64,000 nucleotides of DNA from an uncultured virus (IMG/VR IMGVR_UViG_3300014073_000001) (taxonomy: Duplodnaviria > Heunggongvirae > Uroviricota > Caudoviricetes): the IMG/VR virus record IMGVR_UViG_3300014073_000001; one strand, written 5' to 3'. Below the pieces are notes generated by a model. It was not told where the DNA came from. It saw only the letters and a program-made list of their open reading frames with translations, and did not search any database. The position numbers and the translations under genes are program-made. Shown here in pieces: positions 1 to 10,584 of the stretch (position 1 is its first letter; every line of letters starts with the position of its first letter).

Positions 1-360
1 CAGCCATTCCAAGTGTTGCAGTGGGCTTCTATCGAGGTCGCAGCATTTGCCAACAGACATCGAGATTAAACAGACATTAATTGAATGGTGAAAATGATAC
101 GTATCAATAATCTAGTTCTCTTGCTATGTTTATGGCTACGTGCTTAACATCGCAAAAAGCTTATACGATTTTCATAATATCACCCACCAAATTTTATCAC
201 GATAATATTTAATATTACCTTACACTTTCATACTAAAATGCCAGAGGGAATCTTTTCACGGTGTTTTTTAAGCACAACTCTGGAAAAAATTGCAGGAGAT
301 AAATAATATTTTGTAGAAATTAAATCTCTAAGGTTATTGTAGACAGAGGTGAAATTATAA

Positions 361-1215
361 ATGGCGGCTCGCACTAAAGAAAGAAATGCCAAGATAATCA
401 GTTTTGGCATTCAAAAAGGCGGCGTAGGCAAAACAACTACGTCATCGATTATTACATATTTAATCGGCGAAAAGATGAAGAAGAAAATATTGCTCGTCGA
501 CGTGGATTCGCAAGGAAATTCTACATTCTTCCTAACACGTCGAAGCATATACGACTTCGAGAACCGCACAACACTGGAGATGATCTCGGGGTACTTAGAT
601 CCACACGAGTGTATCGTTGAAGTAACCAAAAACGTTCATGTTATACCTGCCGAGGATCGATTGAGCGATCTTGAGGAGTTTGTTTACGTTGAATGGCGAG
701 ATAACAATAAATACTTGTTTGATAATTTTGCACATCTTAACATGCTTAAGCAAAGACTTGAACCATTGAGAAAGGAATACGACTATATCATCCTAGATTT
801 GCCGCCAAGCACTGGCCTCGCGACCAGAATGGGATTAGTGGCCAGTGATTATGCTGTCGTCTTGATGTCTTGTGATATGCTCTGCTATGAGGCTGTTAAG
901 CGATACTTCGGATTTCAAAGAGGTATAGTATCAAGAGGCTTCAATCCAGACTTACGGATTCTTGGCATCCTGCCGTCACTAATAAACAGTAGATATGGTA
1001 TTAACCAAGGTTTTCTACAAAAAGCCAACGAGGAGTATGATGCGTTAGTATTTGACGCCTTAATTCAGTCCAAGGTTAAAATTCAGGAATTCGCTGCCGA
1101 GGGCATATCCATGAAGCGAAAAGACGAGCGTGAGGCATTAGAACAATACGAAGAAGTTCTTAAGGAGGTATTGATGCGTGTCGACATCTACGAACAAGCA
1201 AAAGCAAAACAGTAA
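361..1215 (+). CDS. parA: ParA/Soj-family partition ATPase
   Basis: Deviant Walker A QKGGVGKTT, LLVDVDSQGN and YIILDLPPS motifs; SD GAGGTG upstream; overlaps the ParB-like gene. Confidence 0.95.
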   Translation: MAARTKERNAKIISFGIQKGGVGKTTTSSIITYLIGEKMKKKILLVDVDSQGNSTFFLTRRSIYDFENRTTLEMISGYLDPHECIVEVTKNVHVIPAEDRLSDLEEFVYVEWRDNNKYLFDNFAHLNMLKQRLEPLRKEYDYIILDLPPSTGLATRMGLVASDYAVVLMSCDMLCYEAVKRYFGFQRGIVSRGFNPDLRILGILPSLINSRYGINQGFLQKANEEYDALVFDALIQSKVKIQEFAAEGISMKRKDEREALEQYEEVLKEVLMRVDIYEQAKAKQ

Positions 1216-2203
1216 ATTATCCAAGTTTGCAAGTATGGTCGTACCTGGAGGTCAAAATGCGCCGGAAATAAGAGATTTTGGTTTTAGTGGATTCGGACGT
1301 AGGGAAGAGATCGCTAGCGAACAACTAAAGACAGTTGAAGCTCCGTTACCAGGCTATAAACTAATGAAAGTAAAAATAAACCAAATCAATCCTGCGCCAA
1401 GAACCAGAGAATGGAATTTCTGGGAGGAACAATCTCACGAGGCAATAATCAGGAGAGCTATATCATTTCTGAATGAGGGTCAGTTGTCTCCTATCATCAT
1501 AAGAGAGTATAAATACAACGACCCATCTAAAAAGTACCAATGTCTAGCAGGCCATACTCGCACACAATCAGCCGAACTACTGGTAGAAGAAGGATATGAA
1601 GAATGGCAAGAGCTTTGGGCCTTTGTTTACCCAGAAGGAGCATGCGATGACCTACAGGCAAGAAGAATTATCCATTATTCAAATACAGAGCAGCGCACTA
1701 ACATGTCGGCGAAAGAAAAACTAAACTGCTTCATATTCGAATGGCTCGACGAAACCAATAGAGAAAGATCCCAAAACGCATCGCAGCTTATATCGAAGCT
1801 TGCCGAGAAATACAGTCTTAAGAAAACTCGCGCTTATGAGCTTAAAGCAATTGCTGAGAAGGTCATTCCAGAAATGAGAGATCTCATAATGGAAGATACT
1901 ATCACCCTACAGGATGCCAAACACATTGCAAAGATGGGAGCATCCATACAGAATCACTTATACAACAATTACAGGGATCGTTTTAGTCAAATAAAATTCA
2001 AAACACTGGTCGGTTTGAACACAAGCGAGATAGATAGAGTTCTCAAGAAGAACGATCAAAAAGTTGACGAGGAAACTTATTTTAAGGTTAATAGCACCAC
2101 CTCAACGGAGAAGCAGTTTACAATAAAGATACCGGTTAAAGCAGAAACGCAATTTCGCAAAGCCATTCTTAAACTGTATGCTAAGTACGGTTTTCCGGAA
2201 TAA
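1178..2203 (+). CDS. parB: ParB/RepB/Spo0J-family partition protein
   Basis: ParB N-domain signature GQLSPIIIR...YQCLAGHTR...SNTEQR, then a helical HTH-like region; coupled to parA. Confidence 0.85.
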   Translation: MSTSTNKQKQNSKLSKFASMVVPGGQNAPEIRDFGFSGFGRREEIASEQLKTVEAPLPGYKLMKVKINQINPAPRTREWNFWEEQSHEAIIRRAISFLNEGQLSPIIIREYKYNDPSKKYQCLAGHTRTQSAELLVEEGYEEWQELWAFVYPEGACDDLQARRIIHYSNTEQRTNMSAKEKLNCFIFEWLDETNRERSQNASQLISKLAEKYSLKKTRAYELKAIAEKVIPEMRDLIMEDTITLQDAKHIAKMGASIQNHLYNNYRDRFSQIKFKTLVGLNTSEIDRVLKKNDQKVDEETYFKVNSTTSTEKQFTIKIPVKAETQFRKAILKLYAKYGFPE

Positions 2204-2236
2204 CAAGTGTTTTTCCGCTCAGCGGAAAAACACTTG
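2204..2236. promoter_or_regulatory. Perfect 16-1-16 palindrome, candidate parS centromere
   Basis: CAAGTGTTTTTCCGCT-C-AGCGGAAAAACACTTG starts immediately after the parB stop; the 1-nt spacer argues for a protein-binding site rather than a terminator. Confidence 0.55.
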
Positions 2237-2309
2237 AGAAAGCTTGTATTTCAAGAGTTTGTAAATTCCCAAGTAAAAATTATCTGACAATTCAATAATG
2301 CAACAATTT

Positions 2310-2339
2310 ACCTCTTGGTTTAACCGAGGGGTCTTTTTT
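2310..2339 (+). terminator. Intrinsic terminator of parAB
   Basis: ACCTCTTGGTT/AACCGAGGGGT stem followed by CTTTTTT. Confidence 0.7.
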
Positions 2340-3038
2340 ACGCTCAAATTCCTTTAATCTACTTTCCTGGCTCCGGGTAGGCAGCTCAAAGCTAGGTAGT
2401 ACAGATTGGCTGTGGCTGAGCATTGGAGGCGTAAGCTGTCCGAAATACATTGATAGTTCTAAAATCCCTGAGTATGGCTAGTAAACTGCTCTTGCACTTT
2501 TAGTTTTGCTAAGCTACTTATGTATCAAGCACATGTTATTCTCTAGTGTGCCAAAAGCATTGAGACAGTTTGTTCCATACCCGAGGTGATTAATTATAAC
2601 TAACATTGTTACGTCCAAATATAATCGTTTTTCTGTTAAGAGAGCCTACATAGCGAAGCGCCGCCTAAACTGAAGTTCAGTGCTATTGGCTCATCCCTCA
2701 AAGATTGTCTCCGGAGTTGATCGAACTGTGCAGTTAAATGGTTCATTGACATGTTCAAGTACCCTAGATACATGTTCTTGAATATGGTTAAAATCTCATC
2801 ATATCCACCGAAGAGCGGCTTGCAAATTTCAATTTATCTAATCTGAGTATTAGCCACAAATGATTACTCTGTGTTTCTTTAAATCATTAAGTCAAGCTAC
2901 TATCATAGTTCCTGTAATCAAAATCGATCAACAACAAAACGCTTGCAGGCATAGACTATATTACGCATTTATACGCGCTTGCAATATGCGTTAAGGTATC
3001 ATATACTAGTAGTAATAGATATAGAAGGAGGAGATTAT

Positions 3039-3227
3039 GTGTCAGTTCCGGTTAAAGTGATTGTAGCAAGACCCGGTAAACGGACTAATAGCTCACTCGA
3101 CGATAAGATCTGGGCTATAGCTCAACCGAGAAAAGCAGTGAACGGACAAATAGTTCTCGATCGCAATGACCCTTCCGATAACGAATGGTTCGAGGACAAG
3201 AAAATCGGTAGTATTTTCAACAAATGA
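3039..3227 (+). CDS. Small protein, putative antitoxin of the PemK/MazF pair
   Basis: GTG start after AAGGAGG; 62 aa with acidic C-terminus; stop overlaps the toxin start (ATGA). Confidence 0.6.
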   Translation: MSVPVKVIVARPGKRTNSSLDDKIWAIAQPRKAVNGQIVLDRNDPSDNEWFEDKKIGSIFNK

Positions 3228-3595
3228 TTAAAGCGCACTTGAATCTCACTGGTAGAATTATTACCAAAGGTGAGATCTATAAGGTTAGTTGCGTATATGA
3301 AGATGATGACAGCATATCGGAAGAGAGACCGGTTGTTATTGTAAGAGCAGACAATACAGCCGGTCTTTATGTTGTCGTACAGATAACAAGTGTTCCTCCA
3401 AAAGAACCTCCGTCTACTTATGATCAATATAAGTTACCGATCTTTAATTGGAGACAAGCGGGTCTTGTTAAGCCATCATATGCTAAGCTAAACAGAATTG
3501 AGAGGTTTACTAAAGATGATCTCTTAGAATATTATGGGCGTATGAACAGAATGGACTTAACGAGAATCGAAGAAGCCATTAATCAGTTATATTAA
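3224..3595 (+). CDS. PemK/MazF-family endoribonuclease toxin
   Basis: GEIY...ERPVVIV...VQITS...AGLVKPS...G.M...D pattern; 123 aa; terminator-like hairpin at about 3594-3620. Confidence 0.85.
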   Translation: MIKAHLNLTGRIITKGEIYKVSCVYEDDDSISEERPVVIVRADNTAGLYVVVQITSVPPKEPPSTYDQYKLPIFNWRQAGLVKPSYAKLNRIERFTKDDLLEYYGRMNRMDLTRIEEAINQLY

Positions 3596-4637
3596 GATCC
3601 TTATACGAGGGTCTTTTTTGTTGTCTTATTGTACAATATATTCTCTTATATAAAATATACGTAAAAATAAAATAAAAAGTATCGAGCAATATTACTAACA
3701 ATGTAAACCTCTTCTATGGTGCCTTATTACTATATTTGTGAACGTATAAGAAAACAATATCGTTCGCCAGATAAGGTTTCTTTTAAGTTTCTTTTACTTT
3801 CCCTTGCTAACTTGCTAAGTTTAATATTATAATATAACATTAAGATGATAAAGAGTAAATAAGCATTACTTTGTATCTGAAGCAACAACTACGTGTCTAA
3901 ATACATAGTAGCATACTTTTATACAGTAAGGCTCAAGCTGTATATTATTAGATTCATAAGTTTAATTTCAGGGGAAAACAAGTATATAGCTTGGCTCAGG
4001 GTTAAGTTTAATACGAAAAAAATTCATGAATATGCCCTCATGGTTTACCGCGGTTTCATCCGTAAGGAAGTCTTTATAACGATGAATACAACCGTAGGTT
4101 ACGAAGACATCTACAGCTTTGAACGTGGTGGCTGAAACATACCAGAACGTTGTACTGAACAATGGCACACTATCTGTTTATGAAGGCCGTAAACTATATT
4201 GTCCAGAAAGCGAATATTTGGGTACAATGACTGTCATGAGGCATATTCTACAGCGCCAGGTCGATAAGTTCACCTCATGAATTACAAATTCAAGAAAAGT
4301 TCACATACTAATACACTCAAGACAAGAAGGCAGTGTTTTGTGCTTTCTAACTGTGAATAGGAGCTAATATTATGTGCTAATCACTGTTGCTAACATTATT
4401 AGCATGTGTTAGGGTGCTAAAATATCTTTATGTGCAGCATCGCAAAACTCGTAGGCAAATTGTAAATACAGTCTTTATGCATGCTCAGATACGTTGAAGT
4501 AAATGTGCCGGGATATAACATAATCTCAAATTGCCAGTCAATCGGAGCAAGGTATGGGACTAACAAGTAAACTAATAAGCATTGAAATCGTAAACAAACA
4601 AAATGATCCAAGGTTTGATAAAGCGGGTGATGATACC

Positions 4638-5138
4638 ATGAGTTCAATTATAGCAATTTTCTTATTTAAAATGCTCGACTGTATGTTTGCTACAATCAAA
4701 AACCTCCTTCTCTATAAAGGCAAGAACTTCCTGCAAGCAATTTGCAGCACATTAGCTAATATGATGTATGCCGTATCCTTATTGTACGCTTTCAAAAGCG
4801 AATTCTGGAGCGGATTAATAGCCTTAGGACTAGCTACCTTCATCGGTAGCTACATCCCGGCTATGTTCATGGAGCGCTTAGAGAAAGACAAACTTTACGT
4901 GTATGACATAACATCGACAAGCCTGAATGCTGGCGACAAATTCATTAACACGCTGCGCCAGAATAACGTGCCATTCAGTTATAATACTGTAAGTAATAGC
5001 CGATCCAACCCAGTATATCAATTCAGCATATACAGCAAATCTAAGGCTGCCAGCAGTCTCATTGAAAGTTTAATTCCAATAGAATTTAATTGGAATGCAA
5101 ATGCATCAATTATCGTCAAAGAGGATCGTCATAGTTGA
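4638..5138 (+). CDS. Membrane protein (DUF5698/DUF2179-like)
   Basis: N-terminal hydrophobic helices with the pattern F..K..D...TIK, followed by a soluble C-terminal domain; GGTGA SD before ATG 4638. Confidence 0.55.
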   Translation: MSSIIAIFLFKMLDCMFATIKNLLLYKGKNFLQAICSTLANMMYAVSLLYAFKSEFWSGLIALGLATFIGSYIPAMFMERLEKDKLYVYDITSTSLNAGDKFINTLRQNNVPFSYNTVSNSRSNPVYQFSIYSKSKAASSLIESLIPIEFNWNANASIIVKEDRHS

Positions 5139-5447
5139 GTTAAATAGGATACCGAAGAACAGATCGGCGAAATCGAAATTAATGAATAACGCGTACTTTA
5201 GTCTCTGTAGATTAAATTCAAGGCATGTAACCTTGAAAAAATACTTGTAAAAACTGCGAGGCAAAATCATAACTGCCTCGATAATCCAAAAGGTTATAAC
5301 AAAACAGTTATCATTTAAGGGAAGGGATGTGGGCAATCATCTGCCGAAAATTGCTGTTTCCAAGTTGTGAAATGTTTCAGTTCCCTTAGGGTACAGGTGT
5401 TTAAAATCTGTGAATAGGTCAAACATTCAACTTAAAGGAGGATTATT

Positions 5448-5990
5448 ATGAGTTGGGTAATTATCTGCCATCAAAGTCAATAAAGAAGCACGGGTATCGA
5501 ATGATGTATGTGAAAGAAAGCATTTCGATTGGATTGACAAAGATGTGCTTGTAATCGGTAAAAACAGTTCATATATGCTTTTCTTGTGGACGACAAAGAC
5601 ACCAAGGAAAAGAAAATGGTCGTATTACTGCTTTATGATTAAGAGGACTTTAATCGCCTTGATCTACTGGAGTTCGCAAATGATTCCGGTAGTCTCTATA
5701 GACTTACTGAGACAGAATTCCTGCATAATCTCAATAAATACCCGGTTAGCATAATCTTTAAGGTGCTGCAGCGTTCAGGAAAAGCATGCTGGACTTAAGA
5801 TGATGTTACGACAGTCTTAAGAGTGAATCGTGAAGAAGTTGCTGTATGAACGAAGGCCCGAGGCAATTCTCTCGACGCAATTACAAAACGGCTCGCGTTC
5901 GACAAAAGAGCACGATGGTACATCGTGGGAACTTGCCCTTCTGTGCCATTATTACGCTATTCTCATGATGCACAATACGGGTACTTGATA
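5448..5990 (+). pseudogene. Degraded guanylate kinase-like gene
   Basis: Fragments in alternating frames: TTKTPRK/ENGR/YCF, EDFNRLDLLEFANDSGSLYRLTE and RGNSLDAITKRLAFDK; several frameshifts and stops. Confidence 0.65.
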
Positions 5991-6102
5991 AGTTCGTTGC
6001 TAATCATTTTTTCGTCTTTACTGGTTGTAAAGCACTTAGCATGCGTAATATGATTGTCAGCGGTAGGTAAATTATCGGCTGAAATATTACTCATGAAAGG
6101 AT

Positions 6103-6330
6103 TTGAAAGCCGTGAAGATAATAGTTGAAGTAGACTTAGACTTACTATGTGATATGAGAAAGCGGCACGAATTATCGATCAGTGATGTGGCCAGCAAACT
6201 GGGTTACAAGACCCCGACAGGCTATTGGCTAATCGAAAATGGTCAGCGCAAAGTCAGTGTTAGTGTCCTCTACAAACTTGCTAATCTGTATAATCACAGC
6301 ATGGAAGATTTCTTAATCCTTAGAGAATAA
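6103..6330 (+). CDS. XRE-family HTH transcriptional regulator
   Basis: MRKRHELSISDVASKLGYKTPTGYWLIENGQRKVSVSVLYKLANLY is a typical HTH_3 pattern. Confidence 0.9.
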   Translation: MKAVKIIVEVDLDLLCDMRKRHELSISDVASKLGYKTPTGYWLIENGQRKVSVSVLYKLANLYNHSMEDFLILRE

Positions 6331-6353
6331 TTGACTTTGGTCGGAGGAGAGCA

Positions 6354-8402
6354 GTGTCAATAAAAAAATACAGTATCATGCTATATCCATATAAGCATGA
6401 ATCTAAAAAGCAAGCACAAAAGTTCGTTGGCGCAATCAAAAACGGTATATTGAATCACCCCCTGGAACTAACGGTATCGCAAATAGCAAAAGCTGTTACC
6501 GAAGGACATACCATTATCCTGGGTCATGCTGAATACAGTCTCGATGAAATAGCTCTTATGCAAGAAGCCAAAAAGAGAATAGGCGCCGGCATAAGGCACT
6601 GGAAAAGACAACAAGTATTTGCTATTGACTTCGACAATGAAGATAAGGATAAAACCCGATTGGCTGGTGACAAATACTTTCCGATCGACAGAGCATTAAC
6701 TCAGTGCAAAGCCGTTAAGGTGCCGGCCGCTTTCTGTTACACTACTGGCAACCATACTGAGGAACATCATAGGTTTAGGCTAATCTTTGTGCTCGATCAG
6801 GTAATCGATCGTTTGGAGCGTCATCAAGAAGTAATGAATTCTTTATTCAACATATTTTTAGTCGACGGCAAGTCAATCGTCGATATCAAATGCTGTGATC
6901 CATGTAGATTGTTTTACCCGGGTAGGAGTATCGTATACAAAAACTTCAACGCTATTGTAGATACCGATAAGCTAATCGAAAAATTTAATGATATAGCAAG
7001 TACAGCAAGGCGTGTAAGCACTTGTTCTAAACAGGTTGTCATTAAAACGGAAAAAGTACAGTTCGATGCACCGGAAATGATCGATCTAATCAAAGAAAAT
7101 GATGTTGAGAAATTGCTTCCAAGAATAGTAAGCAAATTAGACACCTCTGGAACCCTATTATTTACTGGTTTGGAGGACTCTCGACTACAGTGGAAACAGG
7201 TATCTAACACATACTTAACTGTAGATACCTGTTTCCACCAAAATCCAAGACCCGCGAAGCCAGTAATAGTGCGGCATCCAGCCGACTACTATGCTCTTAC
7301 TCGAAAAATACCCTTAGACCTGTTATTGGGGGTGCCAAAGTATGAGAATATTAGTTGCCTCCTGCCAACCCATGTAGACACTAAGCCTTCAGCCAGAATT
7401 GAGCTTGATGCTAATGGAGATTACGTGTATCACTGCTACGGTTGTGACTCATATCTGGACATCTTCAATGTGATTGAACGCATTACAAACTGGAGTCATT
7501 TGCAAGCCAAAGCATTCATAAACAAGTTGTTGCATATCAGGTTTGAAACCGACTGGCAGCTGCTGAAGAAAGCGGATATTACCGAGTATCAGGATTACAT
7601 CTGGAGCTATCAATTTGCAATTAGCCATCCATGGCTGCAAAAGCGCCTGACACAGGCTAATGTCCTTGGCGTATTGAATCTGGTGTTGCAGATGGCCAGA
7701 CTCTACATCTATGATCGTAAGATCACCGGTAATGAAGATCCATTGTTTTATATGTCGCTTTCGTTAATGGCCAAGAAAGCGATAGATTTTGGTTACAAGA
7801 ATATGACGAAGCCTGTGATTCACAAGAAGTTAAAACTTCTCACTAGGCTTGGACTAATCGGAATTGTCTGCGAAAATAATTTGCCTGTTAAATTCAGGCA
7901 AGAGCTACAAGCACGTAAAATAGAAAAAGAGCAACACTACCGAATTAACTGTTTCATAATCCCGGAATTCTCTATGTTACTACTCGATATAGCTGAAGAA
8001 AAAATGCGTGAAGCAGAGCAATGCGGCATGCGCCGCAAGTACTACTGCCGTGAGGCTGAATTTCGAGCCAACGGCGCAGAAGCTGCTAATGCGCAATATG
8101 TGCAAGACAGCCATAAGGTTCTCTCCTTGAAAGTCGAAGAGTTTTATATAAAGTACAGGAGTATTGCTAAAGAACTGATAGCAAAAGGCTGGTTAACCGA
8201 AAAAGAAATTCTGGCTAAACTAAAAGGGTATACCGCTAACCGAAAGCAAGAGCTCAGCGGAATCTGTTTACCTCAACTTTTAAAGGAATTAAGCTTAAAG
8301 CGAGTAGCCTATTCAAAGCAATACGAAACAAAGTTCGCTATTAAAAAGGGCACACATTCATATGGTGTCACCAAAATTATTATCGAGGGAGGGAAATCTT
8401 GA
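6354..8402 (+). CDS. Putative primase/replication protein: AEP-like N-domain, CHC2-type zinc finger, C-terminal wHTH-like region
   Basis: FAIDFDN, YTTGNH...RFRLIF, D..RLFY motifs; CLLPTHVDTKPS...YHCYGC zinc finger. Confidence 0.65.
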   Translation: MSIKKYSIMLYPYKHESKKQAQKFVGAIKNGILNHPLELTVSQIAKAVTEGHTIILGHAEYSLDEIALMQEAKKRIGAGIRHWKRQQVFAIDFDNEDKDKTRLAGDKYFPIDRALTQCKAVKVPAAFCYTTGNHTEEHHRFRLIFVLDQVIDRLERHQEVMNSLFNIFLVDGKSIVDIKCCDPCRLFYPGRSIVYKNFNAIVDTDKLIEKFNDIASTARRVSTCSKQVVIKTEKVQFDAPEMIDLIKENDVEKLLPRIVSKLDTSGTLLFTGLEDSRLQWKQVSNTYLTVDTCFHQNPRPAKPVIVRHPADYYALTRKIPLDLLLGVPKYENISCLLPTHVDTKPSARIELDANGDYVYHCYGCDSYLDIFNVIERITNWSHLQAKAFINKLLHIRFETDWQLLKKADITEYQDYIWSYQFAISHPWLQKRLTQANVLGVLNLVLQMARLYIYDRKITGNEDPLFYMSLSLMAKKAIDFGYKNMTKPVIHKKLKLLTRLGLIGIVCENNLPVKFRQELQARKIEKEQHYRINCFIIPEFSMLLLDIAEEKMREAEQCGMRRKYYCREAEFRANGAEAANAQYVQDSHKVLSLKVEEFYIKYRSIAKELIAKGWLTEKEILAKLKGYTANRKQELSGICLPQLLKELSLKRVAYSKQYETKFAIKKGTHSYGVTKIIIEGGKS

Positions 8403-8519
8403 GTAAATAAAAGGGTTGCTAAGGTGTTGCATGCAATTACAAAAATCCACAAGGAAGGTCAAAATGATGAAATTGCTATCTAAAAAATTTTTATACCTTA
8501 GGGGATTGGGAATATACTG

Positions 8520-8852
8520 CCGACAAAGCTGACATAAAAGCTTTCAAAGGCAAGCAAGCCGCTGAGAACACAAAAAAAGGCTTTGAAGTGATTCTGGAAA
8601 GCTTGTGATTATGACGGTCGGCATTGCGAAGGTCACTCAAGCGATTAACGAAACAGCTAAAGGGATTCAATCCATAGTTGGAAATGTAACTGGGATTGGA
8701 GCTGTCACACAACAAACTTCGGCCAATACTCAATCAGTAGCGACTACAGTTGAAGAACCGAATAGCTGCATGGATGAAATATGATCTAGTGCTCAGGCTC
8801 CTGCAGAGCTGGCCACAGAGCTTAACGAAGTTGCCCAAAGGTTAAGGTCTAA
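8520..8852 (+). pseudogene. Remnant of a methyl-accepting chemotaxis protein C-terminus
   Basis: IQSIVGNVTGIGAVTQQTSANTQSVATTVEEPNSCMDEI*SSAQAPAELATELNEVAQRL with internal stops; no start. Confidence 0.6.
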
Positions 8853-8932
8853 GATACGGCGGAGCATATCCCCGCTTTAATTATTTCTTGTAGAATTCCG
8901 GTAAATCTAACCAAGAAGGGTTGTGACGACGA

Positions 8933-9526
8933 GTGAATAAACTATACATATTCACTAAGCACAAGGAGACTATAATGGTCTCCATTCTAATGATCCTTGC
9001 GATTATTGGATACGCTGTAGCAATACTCCCGCCTGCTCAGCAACCCACACCAGATAAAGAATCGATATACTTAGCTGATAAAATTGGGGATAAAAGAATC
9101 CAGACGTCAAAAATCAAACTAAAAGATACTTTTATCGCGACAGAAGCCACGATAGAAGAAACAAAGGGAACGATCTATACCGTTACTGCATACGATCTTA
9201 GTGTAGAATCATGCGGCAAACCTGTAGGGCATCCACTGTATGGTACGACAGCCAGCGGATATTCCTTAGCGGGACACACATGGTATTCCGCTCGATCTAT
9301 TGCTGTTGACCCAAGGTATATCCCGTTAGGGGCGAAAGTTCTGATCAATTTTTTCGACGATAAGTTCAAAAAGTATGATGGTATTTACACAGCCAGAGAT
9401 ACCGGAAGTGCAATCAAAGGCCATAATATCGACTTCTTCATGGGCGACTTCAGAAATGCTGAGGCAAGCAATGTCACTTGGGCCTTCGGTAAACGCCAAG
9501 CTAAAGTAATTGTCCTCAATACGTAA
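8933..9526 (+). CDS. Membrane-anchored 3D-domain (cell-wall lytic transglycosylase-like) protein
   Basis: N-terminal TM helix; VTAY, GTTASG, IAVDPRYIPLG, ARDTGSAIKGHNIDFF motifs. Confidence 0.9.
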   Translation: MNKLYIFTKHKETIMVSILMILAIIGYAVAILPPAQQPTPDKESIYLADKIGDKRIQTSKIKLKDTFIATEATIEETKGTIYTVTAYDLSVESCGKPVGHPLYGTTASGYSLAGHTWYSARSIAVDPRYIPLGAKVLINFFDDKFKKYDGIYTARDTGSAIKGHNIDFFMGDFRNAEASNVTWAFGKRQAKVIVLNT

Positions 9527-9533
9527 AACTTCC

Positions 9534-9562
9534 TTGCCACTTGCTAACACCTATGTTACAAT
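9534..9562 (+). promoter_or_regulatory. Sigma-A-type promoter upstream of clpPX
   Basis: TTGCCA-17 bp-TACAAT with extended TG; TTGCTAAC motif lies inside the spacer. Confidence 0.5.
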
Positions 9563-9958
9563 AACTTTGCATCATGTTAGCATTTTTTGTTAGCATCTCT
9601 ATTTACAATATGTAAAGATTGGATAACGATGCGAAATATTTAAGCCAATTATGCTGGGCCAACGCTACCAAAAGAGGGCTTATCATATTGCAAATAAGGG
9701 TGATGTGCAGAGCGTACCACGCTCGATTATATTTCATAATTCTTGAATAGAGGCCTTGATGTTCATATAATTTGCAGTTGCCATAGAATAGGTACCAAAC
9801 ACATACGATGGGTTTACATGTCACCAGGTCGAGTTTGATACTAAAGACACGAAGAAAGCGACTCAAGCTAAATGGACTATGTCCTAAATAGCATGAAGCT
9901 TTTCCACATACCTAACTAAGTTCATTTTTCACTTTCAAAAACTAAGGAGGAAACTCAG

Positions 9959-10567
9959 ATGCAACACAACTCTAACCTTGCCGTGGCCAATTTTATACCG
10001 ATGGTAATTGAGGCAAGCGAACGTGGCGAGCGCGCATTTGATATATTTTCCATGCTATTACGCCAACGAATCATTTATCTCAATACCCAGATAAATGATT
10101 CAATGGCTGGTCTAATTATTGCGCAGTTATTATATTTAGAGGCTGAAGACCCTAAAGCCGATATCACGCTTTATATCAACAGTCCGGGTGGAGAAATTTT
10201 GTCCGGACTGGGAATCTATGACACAATGAATTACATAAAGCCCGATGTCTCAACTATCTGCGTTGGCAAAGCATGCTCGATGGGATCATTCCTACTTGCA
10301 GGCGGTACCAAAAGGAAGCGTTTTGCGCTACCTAATGCCGAAGTGATGATTCACCAGCCAAGTGGCGGTGCCCAGGGCCAGTGCTCTGATATCCAGATCG
10401 CTGCCGCTCATATTCAAGCTTTGAAAAATAAGCTAACTGGCCTGTATGTGGATATGACCGGACAATCTTTAGAAATTATCCAAAGAGATACAGATCGAGA
10501 TCGATGGCTCTCAGCTGAAGCGGCGAAAGAATACGGCCTTATCGATGAGGTTCTATACAGAAGATAG
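9959..10567 (+). CDS. clpP: ATP-dependent Clp protease proteolytic subunit
   Basis: YINSPGG, catalytic Ser in [10 protein letters not shown], His in MIHQP, DRD; SD AAGGAGG. Confidence 0.97.
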   Translation: MQHNSNLAVANFIPMVIEASERGERAFDIFSMLLRQRIIYLNTQINDSMAGLIIAQLLYLEAEDPKADITLYINSPGGEILSGLGIYDTMNYIKPDVSTICVGKACSMGSFLLAGGTKRKRFALPNAEVMIHQPSGGAQGQCSDIQIAAAHIQALKNKLTGLYVDMTGQSLEIIQRDTDRDRWLSAEAAKEYGLIDEVLYRR

Positions 10568-10584
10568 TAGGAGGTGTCGGCTTT

